A DNA stretch of 61,208 nucleotides, counting the filler, from Basidiobolus ranarum (taxonomy: Eukaryota), in the NCBI GenBank assembly GCA_040143965.1. It is 6 parts of 6 records of this genome, joined end to end, with 100 filler letters (N's around TTAATTAATTAA, not from the genome) between each part and the next. Parts side by side here need not be neighbours in the genome. Positions count along the whole stretch, not along the records: positions 30,693 to 40,806 come from JASJQH010007614.1; positions 40,907 to 51,013 come from JASJQH010007615.1; 4 more parts are not named here. One strand, 5' to 3'. Position 1 is the first letter of the stretch; the number at the start of each line of letters is the position of its first letter. Below the pieces are notes generated by a model, which worked only from the letters and a program-made list of their open reading frames with translations, did no database searches and was not told where the DNA came from. The position numbers were made by a program, and so were the translations under genes. Below are positions 36,325 through 51,113 of the stretch, one piece after another.

Positions 36325-38556
36325 GCTTATCCAGCTTCACTTGGTTAAGACCGACTGTATACAAATATAGTCAATAAAAGAACATTTCAAAATCGCTGAA
36401 CAAAGCATGAGTTCTCTTCCTATTTCAAGTTATCGTAGTTGGTAAGGCATGTAGATAGAGTTGAGAATCCAACCAGGCACATTCGAGTGTGATTTTTACA
36501 AACTAAACACTCCTGTATGATCAGGAAACACTCAATGAAGGAGCAGGTTCATTTCAGAATGAGAGTGAATTAGACTGATGTAAGATGGGGTGTTTAGTAC
36601 TACACCGTATGACCAAGAGTTTAACATATTCGATGCGTCTACAATTCCCCCTTTCACCCCTGGCGCATGTAGTGATCTAGACAACAGTCGCGGATGAAGG
36701 TTTAGCCGTAGCAGCTGGGTTAGGATTGAAGAGTCAGAGCTGCAGCCAAGCCTACAGAAACGTTCTACAGGTAGTAGAAAAGCCAGCCAGCGCGGCACCC
36801 AATGAGAGTAAAAGTCATGATGAAGGAGGACAGTGATAGGGAATATGTCTACTAGTTGTAGGTTGAACAAATATTTACTATTGTCTCACTCTGTCTGAAT
36901 TTACCGCCATCACTTCCCGTGTGACAAGGGATTCATGATATAGTATGCATCAAAGCCAATAGTATGTGGTAGAGTGAGGATAGTTGTCTCATCACTGGGA
37001 TTTTCCAATTTCCTTTCAAGAAATCAGAATATTAAATACATAACAGTTCTCAGACTAGTCTAAATAAAGTAATTTGTTCACTATACTCATCTCGTCACTT
37101 TCTCAGAAACGGGTATCCAGATGCAAGCAAAGCCTGTTGAAAATCCATTTCGACTCTATTGTTGAGCTCCATTGTTTTACACAAAGAAAAATCCAGTTTG
37201 GCGAGAGGGGAAGTGGGTTTCTAATAATTATGTCATCCGGTGCTCCCAGATAGCCTTGTTGTTGAAGAGGATGGATAGCAAATGGTTGCTCCAGGTCCGG
37301 GTATACGGCAGAAAGTTTAATTAAGGGGAGTCTATACAGCAGGTCTGAGACTTCATCAACCGTTAATTGTGTCCAGCTTTCTCGCATTGTCCTCAGCGAT
37401 AATGAGGGTAAGAGATTGTATTTGAAATACTTCATGTTTCCTTAAATTCTGGGTTGCATAAGACAGTAGCCTCTGTGATCTAAATTCCTTAAAGTGATCG
37501 TTCTTCATCTCATAATGCGGTGGTGGTGTACCGAGCCTGATTAGGTCTAATCGGCATATTGATATTGAAGTCATAGTTTAGTTAATGTTCTCTTTAATAT
37601 ACATAGGGCTCAGTAATTCGACCTGACAAAATACCATAGTTTATACAGTCTGCCAATGTTACCAACTTGACCCAGTGATTTTAGTGGATAACTGTGTCCA
37701 GTGCCAGCTAATTAAGGTTGCGCATTGGTTCATTGTCAACTCTAGATTGAAACATCAATAGTTGTAATGCCCCTCGTAGGCTCAGCTCCTGAAATCCTTT
37801 CAAACAAAAATGTTTCTATTCGGGTCCCGTCAAATTGTCTTCTACCGATATCTGTTGACTCGTCATCTAGTTCAGTCCAGTCCAGTTTCGAAGACATTGA
37901 TCTTGCTTCCATAGCATTGTAACTGATCTTTCTTCTATACTCGAGACTGTACCTGACATTCCACTCCGGTTCAATACTCGTACTTGGCGAGTTTGTATAT
38001 ATGCATAAAAGAAGAATGAGAGTCATGTGTTGGTCGGATTAAGTGAAATGGTACCAGGATTAGCTGGGTGATGTGCTACTGACAATAATGTTCAGCATTA
38101 TAATTCACCTGATAAGACCTTACTTGAGGGTTGAGTGGCCAACGTTTCATATCCATTCTCCTTGTTTCATGTGATTGACAAATTGAGTATATCGTATCAT
38201 GGGAACAAAAGCCGTAGTGTTTTTTCTTTTTCGAGCCTATTGCTATGGAGTATGGCAAGACCAATCGTAACTAAAAGTGGTAGTTTATGAAGGAGATACA
38301 TATATATAGCTGAATTACAGGGGCTTTATTATACTACAAACTTCGAATGGAAGTGCAATACCGATTCTGACAGGGAGGGACGGGGATATATAAATATAGA
38401 TATTCTTGGAGTTGGATACATGTGGTATTTCTCTTACCTTAAATCATCACCATATTTAAAGATTTCCCTAAAAGATAGCGCTTGTGATACGGTTTTAACT
38501 ACTAAAGAAAGTTCTTACTTTACCTACTCGCCCGTATCTTATAATACGCATCAAAG

Positions 38557-40806
38557 ATGAAAACCCCGGACTTTATGCAGGAGATCGTTGATGTTAAGGA
38601 ATTCAATTTCAGCAACATAGCCAAGCGTCATTTCCCTTTCGCTGCATGGGCTCCACACTACAACAAAAAATGGCTGATTGGAGATGTAGTCGCCGGCCTT
38701 ACTATTGGTATCTTGATTGTTCCTCAAGTAAGTCTGCCATTCTAGTACATGTATACGCTACGCCTTTAGTCATGTCAAGATACTTGCGCACACTATGCAA
38801 AAATCGTAAAGTAAAAATACTTACAACCGAACGTTTGTTCAATGTACCATTTGTAGGCATTAGCATACGCGCAACTTGCCACTGTCCCTCTTCAGTATGG
38901 ACTCTACTCTTGCTTCATTGGTACTGCGTTGTATTGTTTTTTTGGCACTTCCAGGGACATATCTATAGGCCCGTCTGCGATCCTGTCTCTTTATGTTGGT
39001 ATTACGCTAGATACACTCGTAGCGAAGGGATTAAGTCCGATCGAGTGTGTGATCAGCATGGCCTTTCTATCGGGTTGTATCATGCTATGCATGGGAATAC
39101 TAAGGCTGGGAATAATACTTGATCTAATCTCAATTCCAGTGACTAAAGGATTCACAGCTGGAGCAGCCGTAACTATTTTCTTCAGTCAGGTAAGACTAGT
39201 GTTAATTTGGGCCGTATATGAGCAATGGTGTCCTTTGAGATTGAGCATGTTGTGTTGTATTCTATACTAAAATCACCTTTCATGACTCACAGGTCCCATC
39301 TCTGTTGGGAATAACTGGAGTCAAGGCACAAGGGCCTCTCGTTGACGTTCTCAAGGTGATTATTGCTGCATTGGGTAGAACTCGCTGGCAGGATGCACTA
39401 ATCGGATTCAGTGGCATTGCCATGATGATGATACTTAAGAGGTTCGCTAATAGGTTCAGCTATATACATCCAGCAATTAAGATGATTAGCATTGGACGCA
39501 GTGCCATTGTTGTTCTTGTTTACACTTTGATCACCTTCATAGTGTTTAAGGCACAGGGTAATGGGGTCATCACCGTGGTCGGCCTGATCCCGACAGGTTT
39601 CCCTAAACCAGCAGTTCCGCGGTTGGATAGCGGTTTTATTTCAGAAATAATTATTCCATCTGTAGTGGCAGTTCTCGTTACCCTCATCGAACACATCTCT
39701 GGTGCTCGTACATTCGGTAAGCACAGATATATCTGTATGCCTTGTGACAGCAAAGGAGGAATGATTCGAAAGTTCTGGGAAGGGACCATTGGTTTCTTAT
39801 TTCCAAACCCATGCTCTGTCATTCCAACTTTGCTTATTACTCGCCAACTCTAAATCAATCATTCATCAATGCTAATATTTCATAATATACATAGCTCGTA
39901 TGAATCATTACAAAGTTGATAGTAGCCAAGAAATGATAGCATTGGGTGTTTGCAACATATCCAGCAGCTTTTTCAGTTCATTCTCTGTGACAGGTGCTTT
40001 GTCACGATCGGCCGTAATTTCTCAATCAGGAGTCAAGACACCAGCAAGTGGAATACTTTCGAGCATCATAGTGATGCTCAGCATCAATTTTTTGCCACCA
40101 GTATTGTACTACGTACCCAAGGCAACGCTTGCATCCGTGATTATTGTGAATATTGTTCCGTTGGTATGTGGCTATAAGGTGTACAAAGAGCTGTGGAAGA
40201 TACAAAGTAAGTTTAGTAGAAGTGGAGATGTTATACCCTTTATCTAAGACCGTGCTAAATATTCATCTTGTCGCTTTCAGAAACGGATATGGTTGCGTGC
40301 TTACTGGCTTTTTTGGTGACGGTCTTTACCAACATACAAACAGGTATAGGGGTAGCAGTAGGGTTCTCGGTGATTATCAGCTTGCATCGAGTTGCCAGAC
40401 CTAAGTGGCAAATGTTGGGACAGGCGATTGACGACCCAGAGATCTATGTAGATCGGTGGTCGAGTGACTGGGCCACATATCCTGCACCACCAGGAGTAGT
40501 CATATTCCGGTTTTCAGAGTCAATTACTTTCTTAAATGGAGAGTATTTCAAGAATAAGGTACTAAACGCTACCTACATTGCGACCGACCCAGTTGAGAAA
40601 GGGGCTATCTCTTGGGGGGAGAAGAACTGGTATGATGATCTAGATATGCGCATTCAACGCATACGTAATTTTTTCACACCAAGACTGCCATTGAACGCTC
40701 TACCTTACCCGAATGAGGACGAGGAGAAGCCGATGTATAACCCACCTAACACCCAACTGGCGATTGATCGAGAAGATCTTGATAAGAAATCAAACCAACC
40801 TAAATA
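38557..40806 (+). CDS. SulP/SLC26-family sulfate/anion permease with start of STAS domain; 3'-truncated by contig edge
   Basis: GDVVAGLTIGILIVPQ|ALAYAQLA..PLQYGLYSCFIG..YCFFGTSRDISIGP; QEMIALGVCN; TGALSRSAV..QSGVKTP; PPGVVIFRFSESITFLN. Confidence 0.93.
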
Positions 40807-40906
40807 NNNNNNNNNNNNNNNNNNNNNNNNNNNNNNNNNNNNNNNNNNNNTTAATTAATTAANNNNNNNNNNNNNNNNNNNNNNNNNNNNNNNNNNNNNN
40901 NNNNNN
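40807..40906. other. Artificial contig linker
   Basis: N44-TTAATTAATTAA-N44. Confidence 0.98.
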
Positions 40907-40907
40907 A

Positions 40908-41033
40908 GGGGACTATGATTCTGCAAAACGTATGTACGATCGCGCCATCAAAGATGCCACAGAATTGTCTAGTGGTGGTGATACTGAGGCTGAGTATATT
41001 GCAACCACTGCAAAGTATCATGAAGCAATCTAA
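40908..41033 (+). CDS. Probable 3' end of a gene cut by the contig edge (TPR-like helix GDYDSAKRMYDRAI)
   Basis: Open frame from the contig start: GDYDSAKRMYDRAIKDATELSSGGDTEAEYIATTAKYHEAI*. Confidence 0.4.
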   Translation, partial: GDYDSAKRMYDRAIKDATELSSGGDTEAEYIATTAKYHEAI

Positions 41034-41656
41034 ACCGATTGATTCCTAGATACGCTTATACTCTTACATGTATGATTTCACCGCTTTAAACGTGGTTCTA
41101 TGGTGGGCCTTGATACCGTTGAGTGTCGCCACCCGAGTGGATGTATCAAGTAATCTTATGGCCGCCAGTGGATTGGAAGTTTTTTTGAGCCTGCTTAATT
41201 GTCTGGAGCATGGGTACATGCTAGAGAATTAATTCAAAGAACCTCCACTCCTAACTAAATATGGCTCATTGCTTAATGCTTTCCTAATCAACAAATCAGT
41301 ATATCCTTATCAAAGAAGTCACGATCGACGTTTCTTATCTTGACTCATTCTTTAGCTGGGATTTCCTGTATATGTACATCACCTGATGCACATTCAATGT
41401 GACCCGTTTGCAAGAAGATATCTCAATCCTTTCTCTGTATTCTACAATGGGATATCCCCATTTCTAGTTATGTTGGTACACACTAGTATATTTTCGTCCG
41501 ATAATTCGGATGTGGCTGGCTTGATTCACTATAAAATGGTATGAATGGTAGCGATAGAAATCAACTTTCTCCTCTTCTACTCTCAATACCCTCAACTAAC
41601 TGATCAACCACCGAATATCAATATCTACAGTTCACTAGATATTCCTTACCTGATAT

Positions 41657-42881
41657 ATGATTCCTACTTCCACTCTTCAAGCCCTACCAAAAGGTCACAT
41701 CGTAAGGTTGGCAAACTCCAAGATCACTCGCGTATCGGTAATCATCTTTAGTGCCCATTCTCTTGGCTTCAGTTATTAATCCATCTCTTACATAATAGCT
41801 ACAACACCTGTTCTCCATTGGTAGACATGTGGCAAAGACTGGAAATCCTTTGCTAACCGCTCAATTTCTACATCAAGAGCTACCAATTAGACTCACCCAA
41901 GCACTTAAAATCGTCAATTCAAGCGAGATACCATCTTTTATGTCTAATTTACCTACATTTCAAAGAATCTCTAAGCGCTTTCTGGAAGATATTGCCCTCT
42001 TGTCCAGAACTCCGAAACCGGTATGTAGGACGCAGGAGGTTGCCTTCACTGAACTGTTGAAGCAATTGCAGCAACGCCAAAGAGCAAATAATCTATCAAT
42101 TGGACAAGGTCTCCAGGGACTCTTGGTAAATCCCGACAAGAATATCAGCTTCCATGATAAAGGACTCAAGACTTTCTTGGATAAATATTATACCATGGCT
42201 CTAGGAATGCGCACTCTATTGGGAGAACACATATCTCTTCATGAAAGAGAGCGTAGTCTAGTAGAGAAAGTATTACCGTTGAATGTGGCGAAAAAAGCTG
42301 CTTTTGATGCACGTCGAGTTTGTACTCAACAATATGGATTTGAAGCACCAGAAGTTGAAATTATCTCCAAAAATACCAGCGTCTCTCCACTCTATATCGA
42401 GGAATACTTACATCATAGTCTGTTTGAGATTCTTAAGAATTCGTTGCGAGCAACTGTTGAAACTCACAGACATTCAAATCATCTCCCACCTGTAAAGATA
42501 GTGATTGCTACTGGTGGTGAAGATGTAACTATCAAGGTGTCAGATATCGGAGGAGGAATACCTATGTCTAAGATAAATAACCTGTGGAGTTATGTTTACT
42601 TTACACCCTCCAATAACAGCTCAGCCTTATGCTCCAAGCCCAACCATTGTATGGACATTCCGTTGGCTGGAATTGGACATGGTTTATCCGTAGCCAGACT
42701 GATTTCAAGATATTTTGGGGGTGATTTGAATGTAGTCTCGATGGAAGGCTATGGAACTGACGCTTATTTACACATCTTCCGCCAACAATCATTTTTGGAA
42801 AACCTCCCAGAATTTGAGGAAACAGAGTTTCTATTTGAATGCGAGGAGTCTATACGCACAAATGTCGGCGATTCCATCTAA
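41657..42881 (+). CDS. Pyruvate/branched-chain alpha-ketoacid dehydrogenase kinase family protein (one 5' intron ~41738-41797)
   Basis: QFLHQELPIRL; FEILKNSLRATVETH (N box); IKVSDIGGGIP (G1); PLAGIGHGL (G2); RYFGGDLNVVSMEGYGTDAYL. Exon 1 inferred as MIPTSTLQ...ITRVS|LQHLFSIG. Confidence 0.9.
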
Positions 42882-43408
42882 ACGAGAATCTCCTCCTCTC
42901 ATGGTTGTCTTTAATTCTAGCCTCTTTAAGCAATACGTCAAATAGCCCGGCTCTGGTTATTACCGCTACGATGTGAGGTGGTTGGTGAATTTCATTTATT
43001 AATCATATCCATTGGGAGCCCCACTATAATCAGAAATTGTAACATAGAATATCATAATGCATTGATTCTTTATCTCACTACTACACCACAAATAAACCAT
43101 TTGTTAAATATCTCCCAAACGTTGAAGTAGCTTCTGGGAATCTCTCTTGTATGGTTGGGAAGATCAGTACTCAAGCACAGTGGTATGCTAAATTTCTGCT
43201 AAACGATTGGATTTATTGATTTTAGAGACGTATCGTGGCACCAGAATCATTAAAATGAAGAGTTTCAAACATAGAGGAGCCAAATACTATATACACTAAA
43301 AGATTTTTTTACAAAATAGATGAATGGCCTAGAATCCTTGATGAAAACCTGAAAGGATTGGACTAGCATTCTCCATAAACTGATTGCTAATAAAATCTCT
43401 GATCAAAT

Positions 43409-44809
<1,401 letters not shown>

Positions 44810-45501
44810 TTTCGAATAATGAGCAGTACAAGATTACAAATTACGAAATAACAATATTTAAACTGATAACAAATGATAATATTCTAAGATTTCCATTAAA
44901 TTCATGGGGGATCTATTCATAGAAGTTCTTTCAAGAAGAAAAAAAAACACCATTCACACACGCTTTCATCTCAAACATCACTATTACGACTCGATTTTCA
45001 ATCAAAAAAATTTTCTTCCTCTGAATATGGTAATACCTGGGACACTATGAGTTTATGCTACTCGTGTTTGACAAATATATATTGCGGATGTTTGATCAAT
45101 GATACCTCTGGGTGCCAATTAGAACGTATATTAGGGGATGGGATTCATGGGATTTCTTTTGACCGGTGTAGATCACTCGAAAACGTCAGGTACCTCATGC
45201 CATTGTGCATAACTCTTGGTTAGAACCATCAACCCTCATCTTTACTGAATATTACTTTGACTATATAGATTGCCAGTGCAAATATGGCATTCATTAACAT
45301 AGCTACATTTTGGAGGCAAACCATAAGGCAGTTGTCTTTACATGATTTGTGATTTAATCGACTATAGAATAGAGTATAAGAAACTAGGGAAAATCAAACA
45401 ATGATTCGAATTAACTTGAAGTTCGTTTAAAAGATGTTGGTCCGTTCCAATTGTGGGTGTGAACAGAATGTGAAGTAGAATGGCTATTTAGATGGTGTTC
45501 T

Positions 45502-46917
45502 TTACTCTTTCTTCTCCTCTTCCTTTTCTTTTTTATCCGAGGCTTGGTTTTCCGATAGACCTTGAAGAGCACTCTTGACTCGTGGGTCGTTGGGATCAAC
45601 GCCTGGAAGTGACTCCAAAACAGAGTTCATAAAGGTAGTATCGGTGGATGGAGTTTCCTCGGTTTTCATTTCACTAGATTCGGATTGCATAGATAGAGAG
45701 ATGGCACGAGCGATTTGTTCCTCTTCAGATAGTAATTCATTAGGGGCATCCTCCATTTGAGTATCTTTACCACTAGGATTATCCACTGACATAGCCAGAG
45801 CTTGAGCAAGCATATCTTCCTCATTCCCACCAGCAGAGGCAGGTTCTTGAGCTGCAGCAGGCGCTTCATCGGTATTTTTGGATGTCTTGGCAGCTTCTTG
45901 TTCTTGACGAGCCTTCTCCTCTTCAAGAGAGATACGGAGAGCAAGTGCGAGCTCTGGGTCTAGATTAGGATCCACACCAAGCTCATAAGAGCCACCCGAA
46001 CCGCTATATCCAGACATGGAACTACCTTCGCCGGCGAAAATAGGTGAGGAGATTAAGATATCGCTGAGGATATGGGGGCCCGGAGGAATAGTAACAAGAT
46101 GACTGGAAATTCATAGCATATCAGTTTAACATTAGATTTTGTATGAGATATGGCAGATATCTATCACTGTACCTGTTATCATTACTATTAACAGCTGAAA
46201 CAAAGGCCTCGAGTTTACTGGTGTTCTCACCTTCCTCACCAAAGTTAACAATGTCAATGGCAATATTATTTTTCTTCATTTTCTTGGCCAATTTAACCAG
46301 ACTTTTTTCGTCAGTGGACACTGGACTACCAACAAATACAATAATGCGTTGTTGTTGATTTTTGTTCTGTCTATGCTTCAACGCAAGCTGAATACATATA
46401 ATATAGGAAGAAAGGATTAATAAAGTGCACCACCGATTTAAGTACATACAAACTAACCTGAGATATCTGAATACCAGTAGTGAAATTAGAGTTTCCTTCC
46501 ACTCGAGCGTTGTGAAGAGCGTTTAAAATCTTTCCAACGTCGCGAGTTAATGTGACCAATACCTCAGGGCTATATTTGGACAGGAAATGAGGTACTGTTC
46601 TAAGGTAAAATAACTTTGGAATCCTTTGAACTAAATACTAACCCTTTACTTGCCATAGTCATTAAACCAACAGTATTTTCTGGGTTGGACTGGAATTTAG
46701 AATTAAAAATCAAGTTCACGGCATCTCCTTGAGCTTCCATGCGTGTAGGTGTATAATCGCCATTTCTCATCCATTCGGAGTTATCTAAACTATAGAAGCA
46801 ACCCAAGTCAATATTTCATAAACTCTATTATTGGAAATGACTTTGGTCGAGAAAGTTGTAACCCAATAATAAAAACGGGGAAGAATATTACATGAGCATA
46901 GTAGCTTCGAGAACCAT
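45502..46917 (-). CDS. RPN10: 26S proteasome ubiquitin receptor Rpn10 (vWA plus UIMs), multi-exon
   Basis: [99 protein letters not shown]. Confidence 0.96.
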
Positions 46918-47745
46918 CTTTTATGTATGTATGTTGTTTGTGTTGGAGTTAGAGTACTGCTTGTGTTGATAATCTTTGTTAAGAATTAAGAAAACTGCAA
47001 GAGAATATTGTAGGGTATTGCGCGTTGCTTCTCCTCTAGATGGACTGATAATGACTACGTAATCAATATCACTAAACTTTTATTATGTTGATTTGTTTAG
47101 ACGTATCTTTCATGGAAGTTCGTCAATTGAGAAAACGTCATCTATTAATTTTGGTGTGGTGAAATGAGAGGTGGAATTTTCGTACAGCGCCCTATGATCT
47201 ACTATATATATTATTTAGTGCGGATTTAAACTACAATCATGAAACAAATATGATGGAACATTTGGGTTGCTTTTCTCTTTCAAGCCAGGGAGATCATCAG
47301 ATGAGATCCATCTTGAATGAATGCTAGGGAGAGTCCTAGAGTATTGATGGTGCCTATACCACCAATACGTGTGTTCAAAGTGTCTTAGTGTGTTACGCAC
47401 CACAGCTATTGTTGTGAGCGGGGGTTATTTAATTTGTCAAAGCTCATCAAAGCTCGTCATCCTGTTATCTCTCTAATATAGCCTACCTAAGCTAGGAAAA
47501 ATATTGTCTTGTGACGTGCAACTTGAAGCAATAATATTTCGCTAGTATGATTTGCCATAGTTGGTTTAGTATGGAGCTCAGTCACCAATCATCTTCAACA
47601 TGGAAAATTTATGATTAGACATCAAGATTGTGAGTTACCTTAATGATGTGATAGTAGAAGGTGGTGGATTGAACCATCCTACCTCTACATATACTACTTC
47701 CACATACCAGCTGAGGTAGAATAAGTACAAGGAAGAGCTCTAGAA

Positions 47746-48491
47746 ATGGCAATATATGACGATCAACCAGTGGAAAAGGGTCACAAAGAACGTGAACTTT
47801 GCTTCATAGCTGCGGAAGTATTGGAACAAAGCAAAACTCTGCTTAATTCCCTTCCCAACGAGAATAGTTTCGTTAAAGAATCTACCTATGTTCCAAAAAG
47901 TAACATTGCCAAGCATACACGACACCTAGTTGATCATTATAGGCTTTTATTTGTAAACCTGCCGGACAATTCCAATATTCACAAAGGACACAGTTCCTGG
48001 GGAGTTGATTATGACTCTCGCGATCGTAATGTATGTTTTATTCCTTCAGAAACAGTATTTATACCTTAGTAATTTACTGACTTTTCAAAACGTAGGTCCC
48101 TATGGAGACTGATAAGAACGTAGCTATACAGGAGATTGAAAAACTTCAATTCAAGATATTAAGTACTTGTATACCACTCAGTACTCCTGTTGTTGTGCGT
48201 GCGGTTATTGATAGTGGAAGTGAAGAAGAATCCGAATTTCAATCGAACTATGGGCGAGAGCTATGGTTCTGTATTCATCATGCCAGTAAGCCACAATTCC
48301 TTAATTATCCGTATTGGTTTTAAACATAACCTCTTAGGTTTAAGCGATACCCTTCGGTCTAACCTCGTTAATTTTCCCTTTTAGTCCACCACCACGCTCT
48401 TATTAAAGCAATTTGCATTGAACACGGTATAGATATCCCTAACAGTTTCGGAGTGGCTCCTTCGACTCAGAAATATAATCAACAATCCTAA
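47746..48491 (+). CDS. DinB/YfiT-like putative metalloprotein (3 exons)
   Basis: SNIAKHTRHLVDHY; VDYDSRDRN|VPMETD; GRELWFCIHHA|IHHHALIKAIC...FGVAPST, the pattern of a DinB-like family known from bacteria and fungi. Confidence 0.8.
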
Positions 48492-51013
48492 TTTGAGCCC
48501 TTAATCTTTTCAAAGAGTCATGACAAGTTAGGTCGAGAAACACAACTTATCAAAAATGTCGCTAGTGAATTCTACGTCATTCGGCCAATAATAAAATTCG
48601 CAGAAATAAAAGTATACACCTTTGCTTTATTCAATTCATACTAGTAAGTGGAATGAGCATGTATATGGGGTAAGGAAAAAGTCAAATGATTGAACAACAA
48701 AGAAATGTCCCAGAGGCAGGATAAACCAACCATGTAATAGAACAATAAGCGATTGTTATATATGACTATAGACTGGCTTTTCCACTTGGTATTTGCTAGT
48801 ATATTAGATTCACCTATCTAAGCTCAACAGAAGCAGGGTAGCATTAGCATATTTGACCCAGAATTTGTAGATGTAGTGTAAGTGCGGTGGACCCATACTT
48901 TCTCGATCTAAACACGCACTCAACGAAATGTTGTCTGTTACTTCTGCGAACTCGACTGGTTGTATTGATAACTCACTATTTTGGTAGATTTTCCCCAAGC
49001 TGTATCTATTCATGATAGCTTGGTTTGATTTTAAATTAAAAATCCTAGAATTCATGCGGTAAGTAGACCAGTTGACAGTTACTTTATTATTCCTTTATAG
49101 TCTAGACCTGAATGACACGCTAGCGAATAAGGTTCCATCGTTTGAATTTGCACTGGTTATCAGTACCATTTAAAAGTTACATTTACGGATATCTCGAATC
49201 CAATTGATTGACCCCAGCGGGCTTTGTAATGTAAACTGAGATATGTGGAGATTTCATAAATCAAAGTAACAGAAGGCTCTGGAGCTCTACTGAACCATCG
49301 TCTTTTAATGCATTAAAGCTTTGAGGGTAAAAAAAGGCCTCTAGATGCCTTCACAATTTCTCTCTAGAGAACGACAGAGCATACAATCCTTTTTAAGCTA
49401 GTCCAGATTTACACCCAATACGTAGCAATGATGAATACGAGGAGCAGCAGCAATCTACTTCACTACATCTTTACTTTCAATTATACAATATATATAATAC
49501 AACGTCTACCCATGTCTATTGAGCCATCGGTAGGTAGTATCTTCGTCACCTTGACAATGCTGACTTCAAGAGCTTACTCAGCACTTTCGAGAAAATAGAG
49601 CCTATAGCTATTCCTGGCCAATCAGTTGTATATTCCTATCCGATTAAGATGTAATGATTCCTCTGGTTCGTGTCAATCTCATACCATTTTGCCGTCGAGG
49701 TTAATAGCTATTCAATGTTTACGAAGAAGTTCGATCATAGAATCCAAGCATCTTCGGTTATCAATGCGGCCGAGTTTACGCATTCCAACATCAACTATAG
49801 ATGGTGATATTTATTGCAATACCGTTGGTGCATGATGACGTATTTTCTTTGAATACGTTGGCATTCGGGTTTTGGGTGCACCGTGCCATTCAGCTCTACA
49901 GAGTATTGTTTCATTCGAGTGTGAGCATGAATTTCACACTATTTGTTGTAAAGAACGGTCAAATAACGTAAATTACAGTTGGAAATGGGCGTGTGATGGA
50001 GCGCTTTTCTTGTACCCATATATTATATTCGAGGAATCTAGGGAGTCATCACAATAGACGGTATAATCATATTAATCCCTGACATCAGTAGTTCGTGTAT
50101 ACCTATATCTATCAGTGTGGCTCTGAATATGACTAACGAATTATGCCAGTCATGGGTGATTACGCACCATACAGCAAGTTAAGCATGGATGTTAGATTTT
50201 GATTGAGTACGAGACAAGGAATGGCTGGGAAGATATACAATAGTCATTGAATCTCAATGCAAATCAGTAACTGTAGACCGAACACGGTTGCTTTTCTAAA
50301 AGGGAAATCCATAATTTCAATCAGAAAGTATCTCATTGCTGAGTCAGACTCTTCTCGTTGATTTCAGCAAATGGCAGTTCTACTATGGAAGGGGGCTCTG
50401 GACACTTTAGCAGCCACTGATCCAATTACATATGAAGACTCATCAAGGGGTGGCGCGCTCTCGAGAAACACGCATGTTAGCAGTAATTAACTATCGAGGT
50501 CGCCTCGGAAAACAGCATCGCTCGGAAACAGTAAGAAACATGGGGCTTTACTGCCTCTTAGAGTTGGTCGTGGGTGGGATGAGATGGCCTCATTGGAAAT
50601 TAACAGCTGAGCCACACAAAACACTTATAGTAGTTGCTGTATCATTTGTTGAGAGAATTAATATAACGGGAAATATATCATCGACATCATATCCATCTCG
50701 GATGAAATTTCCTTTGGTAGTTGTCTCTTACCGCTCACATTGAAAATGCAGTCCATTATTACACAATGGGGATAATATCAACCGGAAATAGGCGGGTTAA
50801 ATCAAAAACTGAGTGTTTTCCCGATAGATTGGTAATTTAAGCACTTATTCAGTATATCAGTTTAGTAATTGACCGTCAAATCCGATAGCAATAGCCAATC
50901 CGATAAAGCTAAAGAGCGAAGACAGGAAAGGGTTCAATCATAGTAATGGCCTCGTCATCGGTTTCTCTTCTCCTTTATAAGTAGGTTTCCAAACTGACGT
51001 AGATGCTCAATCC

Positions 51014-51113
51014 NNNNNNNNNNNNNNNNNNNNNNNNNNNNNNNNNNNNNNNNNNNNTTAATTAATTAANNNNNNNNNNNNNNNNNNNNNNNNNNNNNNN
51101 NNNNNNNNNNNNN
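51014..51113. other. Artificial contig linker
   Basis: N44-TTAATTAATTAA-N44. Confidence 0.98.

Noticed and set aside
36500-38270. Cluster of minus-strand 60-110 aa ORFs between RPL34 and the SulP gene
   Set aside because: No recognisable domain or consistent splice path; possibly a decayed gene or element but unsupported.
48810-49055. ORF with faint resemblance to an ApaG/FBXO3 segment (EVTDNISLS...PPHLHYIY)
   Set aside because: Too short and weak; no continuing exons could be assembled.
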